A DNA stretch of 64,000 bases from contig NC_135769.1 in the NCBI RefSeq assembly GCF_052425735.1, positions 20,584,001 to 20,648,000 of the forward strand, written 5' to 3'. Below the pieces are notes generated by a model. The model was not told where the DNA came from. It was given only the letters and a program-made list of their open reading frames with translations, and did not search any database. This DNA is from Oculina patagonica. Taxonomy: Eukaryota. Positions 23,250-34,045 of the stretch are shown here, in pieces. Within the stretch, counting starts at the first letter, position 1, and the number at the start of each line of letters is the position of its first letter. Position numbers and translations under genes: made by a program.

Positions 23250-26043
23250 ATGGATAAATTTGTCATTGTTGGGGGATTTTTATGTTTTGCGGCCGATGTA
23301 TTTGCCATAGCGTCGTTGGCGACTCCCGAATGGGTTGTGATGGAGTTCGCTGGTAAGTTTGAGGTGTAATTATTGGTTTTAAATTGTTTATGGGCGGATT
23401 AAGCTTGGGGTAATTGGGTAAATTGTAAGATTTTGACAAGTATTTGCGTTTTTCTTGCGTGATTACTTTCAAAATTTTACAAGCAGTCATTTTACTAAGA
23501 GGATCCTGAAGGGGTAAAATGGGAACTAGAATTTGGGCAAATTTCACTGGGAAAATGAATTTTGGCCACTGGGACTGGGAATCACAAACAAAAAACAACC
23601 GAACTGGGACTGGGATTTGAAAATTAGGGAAAACAGGCTGGAAAATGGAATTTGGGTAACATTTGGGCTGGGAAATGGGATTAATCCCCTCCACCCCCAT
23701 AAAAAAAATAAAGAATGCAGACAAAAGGGGTGGTCCAGCTGGTCGGAAGCCGGGGACGCAACGCAAGACAGGGCTAGTTGGCGAGAGACAGTTACAGCCT
23801 TATGCGCCTCATGGCGCAAAGAGAACTAACTAACTACTCTGTAACTAACCCCCATCAAGACCCTCTATTAGTCAGCTCAGGGGTATTGAAAGCTCACCTG
23901 ATTCTAAGATGTCCAAGGTCAATCTCTTCCCTTTTGAGGGAGAGAGGAGAAGCGATGGGGAAACGAACAACCTTGGACTTCCGAGATTTAGGCTAATTGT
24001 AAGCTCAGTTTGAAAGAATAAATCTTTGTTCGCTGCGTGGCACTCGTAAGCTCACATGAGATACCGGGGTTATGGGGGGGGAGGTACCACATGATGGCAA
24101 ATCTTGCCTCAAAGACTTGACTGAGCTTGCAGTTTTCAGCAAGGATAGTTACTAGTTGCACCAATTCAACCACATAAAATGTGTGCAAAATATCCTCCCA
24201 AAAGTGCCCAAATTTGGCCAAAATATTTGTGTGAAAACATGTTTTTAAAGCACTTTCAATTGTAATTGGAAGATTTGTTGAATATGGGAGAATGGGAAAT
24301 TCAGTCTGTATCTGGGAGACTTTCAAATAATCTGAAAGAATTGGAGTAGTGTCCTTGCACTATTTGCACACAGATTTGCCATTTTAACATATTTGAGTAG
24401 CACCGCAAGTGTACCATTTTGTTGAAATGGGAATAAACATAGCTAAATCTGTAGTCAGCCTTTCTTTGTGAGTTCTTAATTTTTTCCCCACAAAAAAACA
24501 TTGTGCAGCATTTTCCCCAGCATCTGCAACCACTTATTCAGATGTCTGAATTTAGAAGTTTTCTTCTAAAATTTGGTCCATGTGTCTTGTCGTTACTAGG
24601 TTCTGTTCGACTTGGTCTTACCGTCATGTGTCAGAAGTCAGAGGGGCAGCCTGAGGTGTGTGTCACCCCTGACTTACCCCTAGAATGGCTGGCTACCCTG
24701 ATGTTTATGATTCTAGGTGTGGTAGCGTTAACACTCACATGCTTTTTACTACTGGTGTCACCATGGAAACCATCCATTGTTGATGCAGCAAAGTGGATTG
24801 TCTTTTTTGGAAGTAAGTAATGACCTGTGTCAAGCGTTATAGCCCTGAGTGTTATAGTCAACAAGGCAGGTATATTGCAATAGCTGAGTTTTGAATGGTT
24901 AACAGGCCATGATAATACAAGCAGAAACCCATAAGGGTTGAAACGTGTAACTCCCTATGATTCGCATTGTACAAGGCGTTTGCACATTCGTTTACACTAA
25001 GTACCATATTTGGAAAATCACAAGAAACATTTAACAAATCAAAATTACTATATTTGGATTGAATTCACAGCGGCGCTAGCTCGCGTTCGATGGCGTAGTC
25101 TTGTTTTTGAACATTGAAGCTTGGTTGAATACAGTTAAATTTGGTTAAATTCTCCTATTTCATCATCTTGAAGTAGTCTGGAGAACTTCGCTTCGATACT
25201 TTAGTTTCTGTAAGAAATTTAAGGCGTTTAGGTCGAAATTCAAGCAACTTACCGCAAAACCAAAAATTATGTTGCGTGTGTCATTACGTGTATAAAGCAT
25301 TCGCGTACAAATTCTTTGTGTTTCCAAATATGGTACTTAGCAAAATGAATATTCAAACGCTGTGCATGCGCGTTTTACGTTTCAACCCTTATGGGTTTCT
25401 GATACAAGCTTATATACCATGGGCCACAAATATGATAAGTGTTCTATCAGGGTAGAAACAGTGGAAGAACCCATCAGATCTGCAGCTTTCCAGAACTTTG
25501 AACATGTCTGAGTGTCTGGACTCTACCAAGATTTATAGAAAACAATCTTAATGGGAGCTACGTCTCTGATGCATCTTGAAAACATGGGCCATTTTTTTCA
25601 AGTTTGCCAGTGTAAAAAACATGAGCTTAACTATACTTAAAACTACAAAGTTACTAGCCCACTGTCTAATGATTCAGGCTAATCTGAGAAGCCATTCTCT
25701 ACTTTGATCAGTATTATGGGTGTAGTGAAATAATAATGGGTTAGTAGATTTACAAAGTAACCTTTCTGGTGGTTTTTCATCAACCAGCTTTGCCCCATAA
25801 TCATTACTGGTAATCTTTTAATTTAGTAGCAATCTTGTTTTTCTTTTTTCAGTGATTATGTTCTGCCATGCTGCCCTTACATTCCCAATGGGATTTCAAA
25901 TGCCAGAAATTGGTGGAAAACCATACAAGCTTCCACAAGGCACTCATGTTGGCCCTTCATTCTTTCTTTACATATTTTGTATAGTTTTCACAATTGCTTC
26001 TGAACTTTTTATATTCAAAGTTTGTCCACTTTTGCTCAGGTGA
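23250..26043 (+). CDS. MOSMO: Modulator of smoothened (C16orf52 homolog), tetraspan protein (exons 23250-23352, 24600-24812, 25853-26043)
   Basis: MDKFVIVGGFLCFAADVFAIASLATPEW..G|SVRLGL..LPLEWLATL..WIVFFG|MIMFC..FPMGF..EIGGKPYKLP..KVC. Both introns are phase-1 GT-AG. Confidence 0.9.
23720..23840 (+). mobile_element. 3' end of RTE-like LINE (5'-truncated)
   Basis: Peptide WSEAGDATQDRASWRETVTALCASWRKEN* followed by a (CTAA)n tail. A similar fragment lies on the minus strand near 16096-16190. Confidence 0.55.
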
Positions 26044-27138
26044 TCAAGAACAAAATAGCAACATTTGTGTGACTGTTCCAGATCTAACATTCCCTGCTTG
26101 CTATGCAAAGCTAACTCTGTGCGATATGGGAGAGCTGCGGCTTTTTAAGTTTCTGAGGCATCCTAAGAAAAGGCCTTAAACATAAACTGTTGCTAAAGCA
26201 ACTACATCTGTACCTCTGAGGGGTGGATCTGGCATGAAGGGATTCCCCCCCCCCCCAAGTGATTTTCTGAAACAAGAAATGATTGAGCATCTAGGTGTAT
26301 AATCCATTGTGTGTTTTGTGTGATTTTTTTAAGTATTTATTCCAAGCTATACAATAATGTAGTTAGTGGATTGTAAATAAGGTACAAATAATTATTTGTG
26401 AGCTGTGAGCTCAGGATAATTCAGTGCAGTAATAAATAGTACACAAATCTTGAAATTGTCAAAAAAATGTTCAAAAAGCCTCCATTCTACGTGGCTAGAA
26501 GCCCTTTGATTTGCTATTACGGGTATTGTAATTTTTGTTTTGGCAAAATGAATTTTTTATTTTAGCCTCAATAGATCCATTTTGTATGAGTCATTTTAGA
26601 TGGGCTAGCATGAATGAGCCAAATTTTTGTATTGCCTCATTTAAGAGCAAATACAAGAACAGTGAAAAGATATGCCTGATCACAGGCTAAGGTCAAGGTT
26701 AGGTTAGGTGCCCCAAGGGGGAGGGGGTGCTCAGGATTTCAAGTGACGGGGATGATTAAAGGATTTTTTGGTTTGAAATTTGCGATTCCTGGATTTTTTG
26801 GGGTAGGAAAATTGATTAAAATGAATACCAGATGAAGGAAAGATATTCAGAAGGTATAATCAAATTATAAGCAAACACAAGCATTCAATTATGTTTTTCT
26901 TTGTGTTATATCATGCACCTTTTCCGGAAAATTTGGCATGGGATTTTTGGTCCAGGGATTTTTTTGGTTTTTGTTGGAAGCCCTAGAGATTTTTTTTGGG
27001 TCTTGATTTTTGTCCCCATTCGATCATCCCCGTCACTCGAAATCAAAAGTACCCCCCACCCACCCCTGCGTTAGGTGCTGCACATAAAGGGATATATCAC
27101 AGTGAAACTCTTCATCAGCCATGTTGCTGCAACATGCC

Positions 27139-28183
27139 TAGCCTGCGTTGCATACGAACAAAACCCTGGTTATATCCGTCTGCGAATTAGAGTGCAAAAG
27201 CTTGTTCCGCCCCCCGCGTGTTACCAGGGATTTCTATAATAACCTTTGACTGGCTCTTGAATAGGGCCGTTCTTTCATGCGCCGTGATTGGTCGAATGGA
27301 TCTCGTAACACCATAATTTCGCTTTTGATGAATAACACAGATACAAAATAAACTTGACAGCGATCATGGCAGATCGGTAAGAATTAGCGTTTGAAGCGGT
27401 AAAAAAGCAGCTGGTTCGCACAAACCTGATAAAAAAAGAAAACAACAATAACGACAAGAAGTAAACACAACTGACAAGCGAAAAGGTCGTGGAAGAAATG
27501 TTAAATAATCTACATTTGTCTTGTGTTAAAAGAATGTCACACAACGCACATCCGTCATCCGTGATGAAAAGCCACACACCTTGCAACACAATAAACAGCC
27601 GAGCCCGGCATTACAAATGCAGAATGCAAGTACAGTCAACATCTTCACGGAAAATTTAGGACCAGAGCGAATATTTCGAGAGCACTACAAATATCTTACA
27701 AACATGAATGTTCCAAGACATACCGCAATATTAATTACATATGACAAATTTAAAACAGAGGTGTCAAAATATACAAACAGAAAGCCGTGACCTCTACACA
27801 TTTGTATTAATTAATAAAGCAACAGTCTCTCAACTTAAAACGCCTCCAAATAATACAGCTGACAACAAGTGCCCTTTCTAAACGAGTTAAAAGCGAAATA
27901 AATCGGATGACCAATTCCATCGAACGGCAAATGTACAAATTATATGACAAAAACGTTTTACTGTAACTGACCTAACTGGTATCTGGTATTCATCGAACGC
28001 GTAACTATGGTTTCACAACATCCACTTCACCAATTGCGGCGCACGAGAGAACGGCCCTATTCAAAAGCCAATCAGAGGTTATTATAGAAATCCCTGGTAA
28101 CACGCAGGGGGCGGGAACAAGCTTTTGTGCTCTAATTCGCAGACGGATATAACCGGGGTTTTGTTCGTCTGCAACGCAGGCTA
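27139..28183. mobile_element. 1045-bp non-autonomous DNA transposon, ~155-bp TIRs, 9-bp TSD
   Basis: TAGCCTGCGTTGCA...TGCAACGCAGGCTA. CAACATGCC duplicated at 27130-27138 and 28184-28192. Confidence 0.88.
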
Positions 28184-28995
28184 CAACATGCCCCACCCCC
28201 TGCGTTTTCTTGTGTCTGTGCATTTTAACTTTGTGTTTTTGTACTCTGTGACATCACATTGTGTCTGACAGCAACACCATGATTGTAGACAGAGTATAGT
28301 ATAGTACAAAAAACTTGATTACAAGAGAAATCTTAATGCTGAGTTAACACTGTTAAACTAAAGAGCTGCAAGGAAAGTTACATGTTGTAAAGGAAGAAAA
28401 ATGTACAAAACCCACACTGAGTGTATTTTTAACAGTTATTTTATTGTATATAGCACTGAAAAGAAAACTATCACAATGTGCACTTGAATGTTAAATAATT
28501 ACACAGCTGGTACTGTCTTGTAGTATAAATCAATTAAAATAATTATTAGTATATTTTCTTTAGTTATCCATGCGTAGATCTATGTGATCCTGTGGATCAA
28601 CAACACCTTTATAGGCTGAAAAAAACTTCTTATGTTCAAGTGTAGTTTCTAGCTAGGTAGCTAATTTTTGAATACAGTGAGTTATAAGTTTAATTTCTCT
28701 TTCCTCAAACTAGAAGTTGAGGTATAAAAGGAGCCATTCTTCAATGTCCAATTCTCAACAGCTAGTTCACAAACAACCTGTACATTTTTGGTGCCAACCA
28801 CTGATAAAAATTATGTTTTTAATTTTTGCTGAGAATATTCTGTTAAAATATTAGCAAATTAATAGCATTATATTATATTAAAGTATTTTCAGTTTGCAGA
28901 AATATGCTTGACTCCACAAGGTGTCATAACTGTAAAAGTCAATTTTTATGTGATAAGGTACCATCACATGGATAATGCATGGGAGGTACCATCCC

Positions 28996-29071
28996 TAGCC
29001 TGCGAATACAGCAGCCTCTCCGAACGCAGCAAGCAGGTCAGAGCGCAGACAGCGGCTGTATTCCCAGGCTA
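28996..29071. mobile_element. 76-bp TAGCC...GGCTA MITE with 9-bp TSD
   Basis: TACCATCCC duplicated at 28987-28995 and 29072-29080. Confidence 0.8.
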
Positions 29072-29491
29072 TACCATCCCATTTGTAGCAGAACTTTTTG
29101 TTTAACTATTGTCAGCTATTATTGATTTTCCAGACTAAACAAATTTGAAGACTAATATTATCTAATAATCAATGATAAATTTATATTAATGCCATGTTAA
29201 TTACGCCACCTGTCATTTTTATCAAAAATATGGCTCCCTAGCCCAAACCAAAACAGGCAATGTGTTGTTCCAGAAAATATCCATACCTCCCCCAGGGAAG
29301 GTTTTTTGGTTGACCCCCACCCCTCCAGAAAAAATTATTCCAGTTAAGCTTCATACTAATTCCTTTCAAAAATTTGGCTTTTGAGACCATCCATTGGATT
29401 TCCAATGACCTTCTGTAGGTATGGTTATTTTCTAGAACCGCACAAGCTCCATAATTTCATATTATTGTACGTCAAGCCAAAATGCTCAAAC

Positions 29492-29964
29492 CACAGGGGA
29501 CCCAAACGCTGTATTAGTTATTCATAATCTTAAAATAAAAATGTTCTTATTTACCTGCGTTCCTGTGTCTTTTTTCACCTGTTTGGGGGCGATTTGAATC
29601 AGAGTGAAGGCGGTTTATGTTGTGAGTCTCAAACGGTAATCAGTCTGTCGCAATGTCAATACGACGCGCCTCAAGTTTCAGTTATCATTAACTCATTAAA
29701 TTGAAACATGAAACTCCCCGCAAGGAGAGTTAATAGTCAATGGTGTTAGTAACTTGAGTTAATAATAACTGAAACTTGAGGCGCGTCGTATTGACATTGT
29801 GACAGACTGATTACCGTTTGAGACTCGCAACGTAAACCGCCCTCGCTCTGATTCAAATCGCCCCCAAACAGGTGAAAAAAGACACAGGAACGCAGGTAAA
29901 TAAGAACATTTTTATTTTAAGATTATGAATTATTATAACTAATACAGCGTTTGGGTCCCCTGTG
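29492..29964. mobile_element. Long palindromic (foldback) MITE, P-element-like termini
   Basis: ~205-bp near-perfect arms, CACAGGGG...CCCCTGTG. 7-bp TSD CTCAAAC at 29485-29491 and 29965-29971. Confidence 0.8.
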
Positions 29965-30242
29965 CTCAAACTATATAATTAAATCATTCACTGAACAGCA
30001 GCATGTACAGTTGTACATGTAAATTTCAAATACCATATGACAAAGGTAAAAGTGGAACTAAATATTTATTTTGAATTACACAGTGTTAAATTTTTGGTTT
30101 GTAATAAATATTCGTGTTTGCATGTTGCAGCAGCTGAATTTCTACATTGTTCTACATGGCAGTAAATAAAAATAAAAGAAATTTGACATTTACAGTGTTT
30201 TTAATTGACACTTCTTTACTGTGGGAACCAGACAAAAATCAA

Positions 30243-30772
30243 CTCATTGACTCCTGAACCGGCCTAAACCGGCCGTATAGGATCCGGGCATTTGTCCCGC
30301 TTGTGACATCATCACCTTTTACCCAGAAAGGCAACATTGTGCTCAAATTGTGTAGCAGAACAAGAGCTTTCCAACGATACCTAAACCAGCGTGATTAGAT
30401 TGATGGAGCTTGAAATATGCACCAAAACGCTTCAAAATTTTAGTGAAAAAACTCAGAGGAAAATTTCCCGTTTCCACCCTTTGCTTGTCCATGGCAAGTA
30501 GTTCTTGCCTCGTTTGCGCTTTCGCGGAAATTCTTCTACTAGTAAGAAGCCTGGTAGAAGGCCAAACACTGCAGCAAAAGAAAGGAAGAAGATTTGTGCA
30601 CATGTACAAGCGAAAAAGTTGTTTAACATGATTCTGGTGAAAGACAAGGATGCATTTTGCATTTAAAGGGCCGTTTTGAGTGATTTGGAGCTATTTTAAC
30701 TTATATTAGACCTTAAAAAGTCAAAAACATCTAAAAAATGCATTTTTTGGAAAATCTCCAGGAGTCAATGGG
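30243..30772. mobile_element. piggyBac-like MITE
   Basis: ctcattgactcctg ... caggagtcaatggg followed by TTAA. The left flank is TCAA (degenerate). Confidence 0.5.
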
Positions 30773-31474
30773 TTAATTGATATTTAAACATTTTTGATTC
30801 ACTTAGTTCACTAGTCTCAGTATTAATACTGTTTTTGTTTTGTTTGTTTTTCACTGGTATCTAGACTGCTTATGTTTTTCTCTCAAAATTAAGTTAGGGA
30901 GTGCGAGGCTCGGCAAGGGTTTAAGATGCGCGAGGAAGGATTGGGAGGAGACAAGAGTGCGCTGACAATCGGATCACGTTATCGAGGAAAAACAGACTGT
31001 CTTTTCTTGTCAAAATGTCAGATATCTCTCTCCTCCGCAGAGGCTCCTTTAGTGGGGGAAGGCGTTTCGATTCTCTCCATGCTCCGCGCACTTACTTTTC
31101 ACCTCTCCCCATTTCCCAGCCCGTACGGAACACGAAACGAGGCCTATGCGGAGGAGAGAGGTCAGATACAGTAGCGGCCTCCAGCCCCCACTTCCAAGAA
31201 AAAAGAAACATATCACTGAGATCACATTGCTCTGAAATTTTCTTCTAGCCATCAATTGTATGAGATCAGTGGTGTTATATTCCAATTTTCCCTGACTCAT
31301 AATAAAATTCCCTGATTTTTCCCTGACGTTGAAGAATTTTATTCTTCCCTGAAAATTTCCTGACCTGTGGCAACCCTGTGTTAAGGCCCAAAAAGGGTTG
31401 TCTCGCAATATCAAGCAACAAAAACACAGACAAGCAGTTTATATACATTTTATTTTAGTTCTTGGAGTAACATT

Positions 31475-33748
31475 CTACTTCAACTCCTTGACTGCCAGAC
31501 CTGTGAATCAAATGAAACAAAAGAGTTTGATTTCAGTTCATTAGACAAGAAACAATAACAGAATAAAACTGTATAAAAGAAAAACTACATGTAGATCTTG
31601 GTTGGTTGTATTCAGCTCCAAGTTGAGCAATCTCAACATTGCTGATTTTGCTCAAAGCAAGGATACAGTCGAAGCTCTCTTAACGGACACTCTCGTAAGC
31701 GGACAGCTCTACTTACGGTCGCCTTTTTAGAAACCCCGTTTTTACTTCCATACAAACCTTGTATTTTTACATTCTCGTAAGCGGACATTCCCGTAAGCGG
31801 CCGCAGACACTTTCACAGATTACGAATATTAGACTTTTTCTTTGTTTTTACGCTCCCGTAAGCGGACACCCGAAAGAAAATCCTATAAAAAACTTTTGTA
31901 TCTTGTTTTTATCAATCAACTTCACATTGCAGTTCGTAACAATGATTTTACAGTAATAACAGTACCATATTTTAGTGTTTGTTTTGGCTTCATCCACGTC
32001 CGCCCGGGTCCGCCCGGGTCCGCCCGGTTATTGTTAGCTGGGCAAGCTCCCGTAAGGGGCCATCTATCCCCTACACCTCTAGTGGCCGCTTACGAGAACC
32101 ATTCTCGTAAGCGGCCAGCTCCGGTAACGGACACTTTTTTCACGTCCTGAGGGTGTCCGCTTACGAGAACTTCAACTGTACTACCCAGTGAAACATCTCC
32201 AAACTTGGTGAAGAAATAGGTTGAGAAAATAGAGTTACCTGGAGGCAGAGACTGCTTCAGTTTGTCAGCCTTTTCTTTGTCCTGGATGACAAGGGTGTAG
32301 AGATAACGGCTGCATCGCACCTTGAACTTAACGGTATCCTTGATCTTCTTTATCTTTACAGCTACAACAGATAACATTTGATTCAAAGATGTTTTAGTTA
32401 AACATTTGTAAATAAAAACTAGCGATAAAAGTAGCGGACAACGATTCGCTGTCTTCATGACGGCATTTTCAAGTACAGTGTCAAGTGCAATGACTATTCA
32501 TGAATATGATTTTATAACAGAGCCTGAAGAATGTAGTGAAGTATTTTGAATGTAATTAGCGGTGCAAAAGTTTTCACATAGAACAATGCATTCCTTACTT
32601 TTCTGTACTGCTAATTACATTCAAAATACTTCACTACATTTTTCATGCTCTATTATAAAATCATATTCATTAATAGCCATCGCACTTGACATTGACACTG
32701 AACTTGAAAATGCTGTCACGAAGAAAGCGAAACGTTGTTCGCTACTTTTATCACTTGTTTTCATTTTAAAACAGAACAAAACATTGTCTGATCAATAACC
32801 ATGAATAGCAACAGGCAGGAAACCATTATTTACAAAATATGATACATTGATGTGTAAATGCAAATTTATTAGCCTGTTCCAGGCGTTACATTAGTTGAAG
32901 CAGTACAAAAACAGGATTAGGGTGCGAGGGAGTCCTCACACCCCTTCCCTTATTTTTCGCTTGCCATTTTTTGTGCTGCTCCACAGCTAACTGAATGTCT
33001 GAAACAGGCTACAAATTTACAAGTAAAATGAGACCTAGTACAAATGTGGTGTGTGACAAATGCAAACTGCTAACTTCCCCTCCGGTTAGCCTGAATAACG
33101 CTCCGGTTAGCCCATTTATGGCTAGCTCTCAATAATGGTAATGGTAACACAACATATACTTTAAAAAATTCTGCACATTTGCTGGTCTGCAGTTGTCGCA
33201 CACCGGTTTAAATGTTGCACAGTCAAATTTGCTTAAAAAAGATCTCAAACTTGCATACATAACCAGTCTAAAATTTGTTTCTAAGCTGACACAGAACAGT
33301 AAAAGACCTTAACCATACAAAATTTTGAGCTGGATTTTACTAGAAAATTTCATAGCTGCAGCCTTTATTTGGCATGGAATATAGGTATACAAGGCTTGTG
33401 TAGAGACCACAACCATCTGACCCATACAAATTTTAAAAGCAGCAACTCTGGTTTTCTTTTCATAAATATAACATATTAACCTAAAGTTTCTCAAGACTTT
33501 CTGGTGATTTCTCTGCTTAATAAAGCAACAAGACCGTCACTTACATTTGGCATCCTTCCTTCGTGCGGTAAGGAGAAAATCTTTGATTTCGTGAATCTGC
33601 TTAGGCTGCAAGACATGTGCATAAGGATTGAGTTTAACAATTTTAGATCTTAGATAACTAATAAAACAAGCTCGACAAGTCGAATTTGCTAAGCTAAATT
33701 TGAAGCAATAAGGGTAAAAACAACTCTTAAACGAGGAAAACTTACCAT
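31475..33748 (-). CDS. RPL38: 60S ribosomal protein L38 (coding exons 33746-33748, 33545-33605, 32239-32361, 31475-31500; non-coding first exon ~33946-33979)
   Basis: M|[20 protein letters not shown]|[41 protein letters not shown]|GLAVKELK*. All junctions GT-AG and in frame. Pyrimidine-rich (TOP-like) CCTTTT start near 33978. Confidence 0.95.
31663..32180. mobile_element. TA-CAGT...ACTG-TA Tc1/pogo-like MITE with CGTAAGCGG repeats
   Basis: Termini tacagtcgaag..cttcaactgta and many internal cgtaagcgg copies. Similar-type elements at ~36907-37464 and ~40485-40662. Confidence 0.65.
32400..32770. repeat. Imperfect long inverted repeat in RPL38 intron
   Basis: ~170-bp arms (~32400-32570 and ~32597-32770) around a short loop. 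Confidence 0.8.
32870..33011. mobile_element. TAGCC...GGCTA MITE with 9-bp TSD
   Basis: Flanks CAAATTTAT / CAAATTTAC. Related copy at 45947-46096 (GGGAAAATG / GGGAAAACG). Confidence 0.7.
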
Positions 33749-33959
33749 TATGAAATGAACGTGATGGAAAGACACCTATAGCATGACAGAAAGACTTCGT
33801 TACTTTTTTTATTAACGACAACCAACATCATTTTCAAACAGAAATTATTGAAAAGATAACATATCTTTAATATGCAGCAGTTTATTAAAGAAAATTTAAA
33901 AGGATGGCTAAGATATACGAGGATTTTCTTGCTTAGTTCAAACTACCTTCGAGACAAGT

Positions 33960-34045
33960 CAAGATGGAGTCCAAAAGGACGATCATTGGGCATGCGCCTG
34001 CTTTTCAATTGCGCAGCGGCTTACCCCATGAATCAAAATGGCGGA
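33960..34045. promoter_or_regulatory. Very short bidirectional promoter RPL38/POP7
   Basis: The inferred RPL38 5' end (~33979, minus) is ~60 bp from the POP7 ATG (34038). YY1-like AAAATGGCGG overlaps the POP7 ATG; ATTGG (CCAAT) at ~33986. Confidence 0.6.

Noticed and set aside
31501-33945. Intronic snoRNAs in RPL38
   Set aside because: No convincing paired C/D boxes with terminal stem, nor H/ACA architecture, found by eye. A snoscan/Infernal run would be needed.
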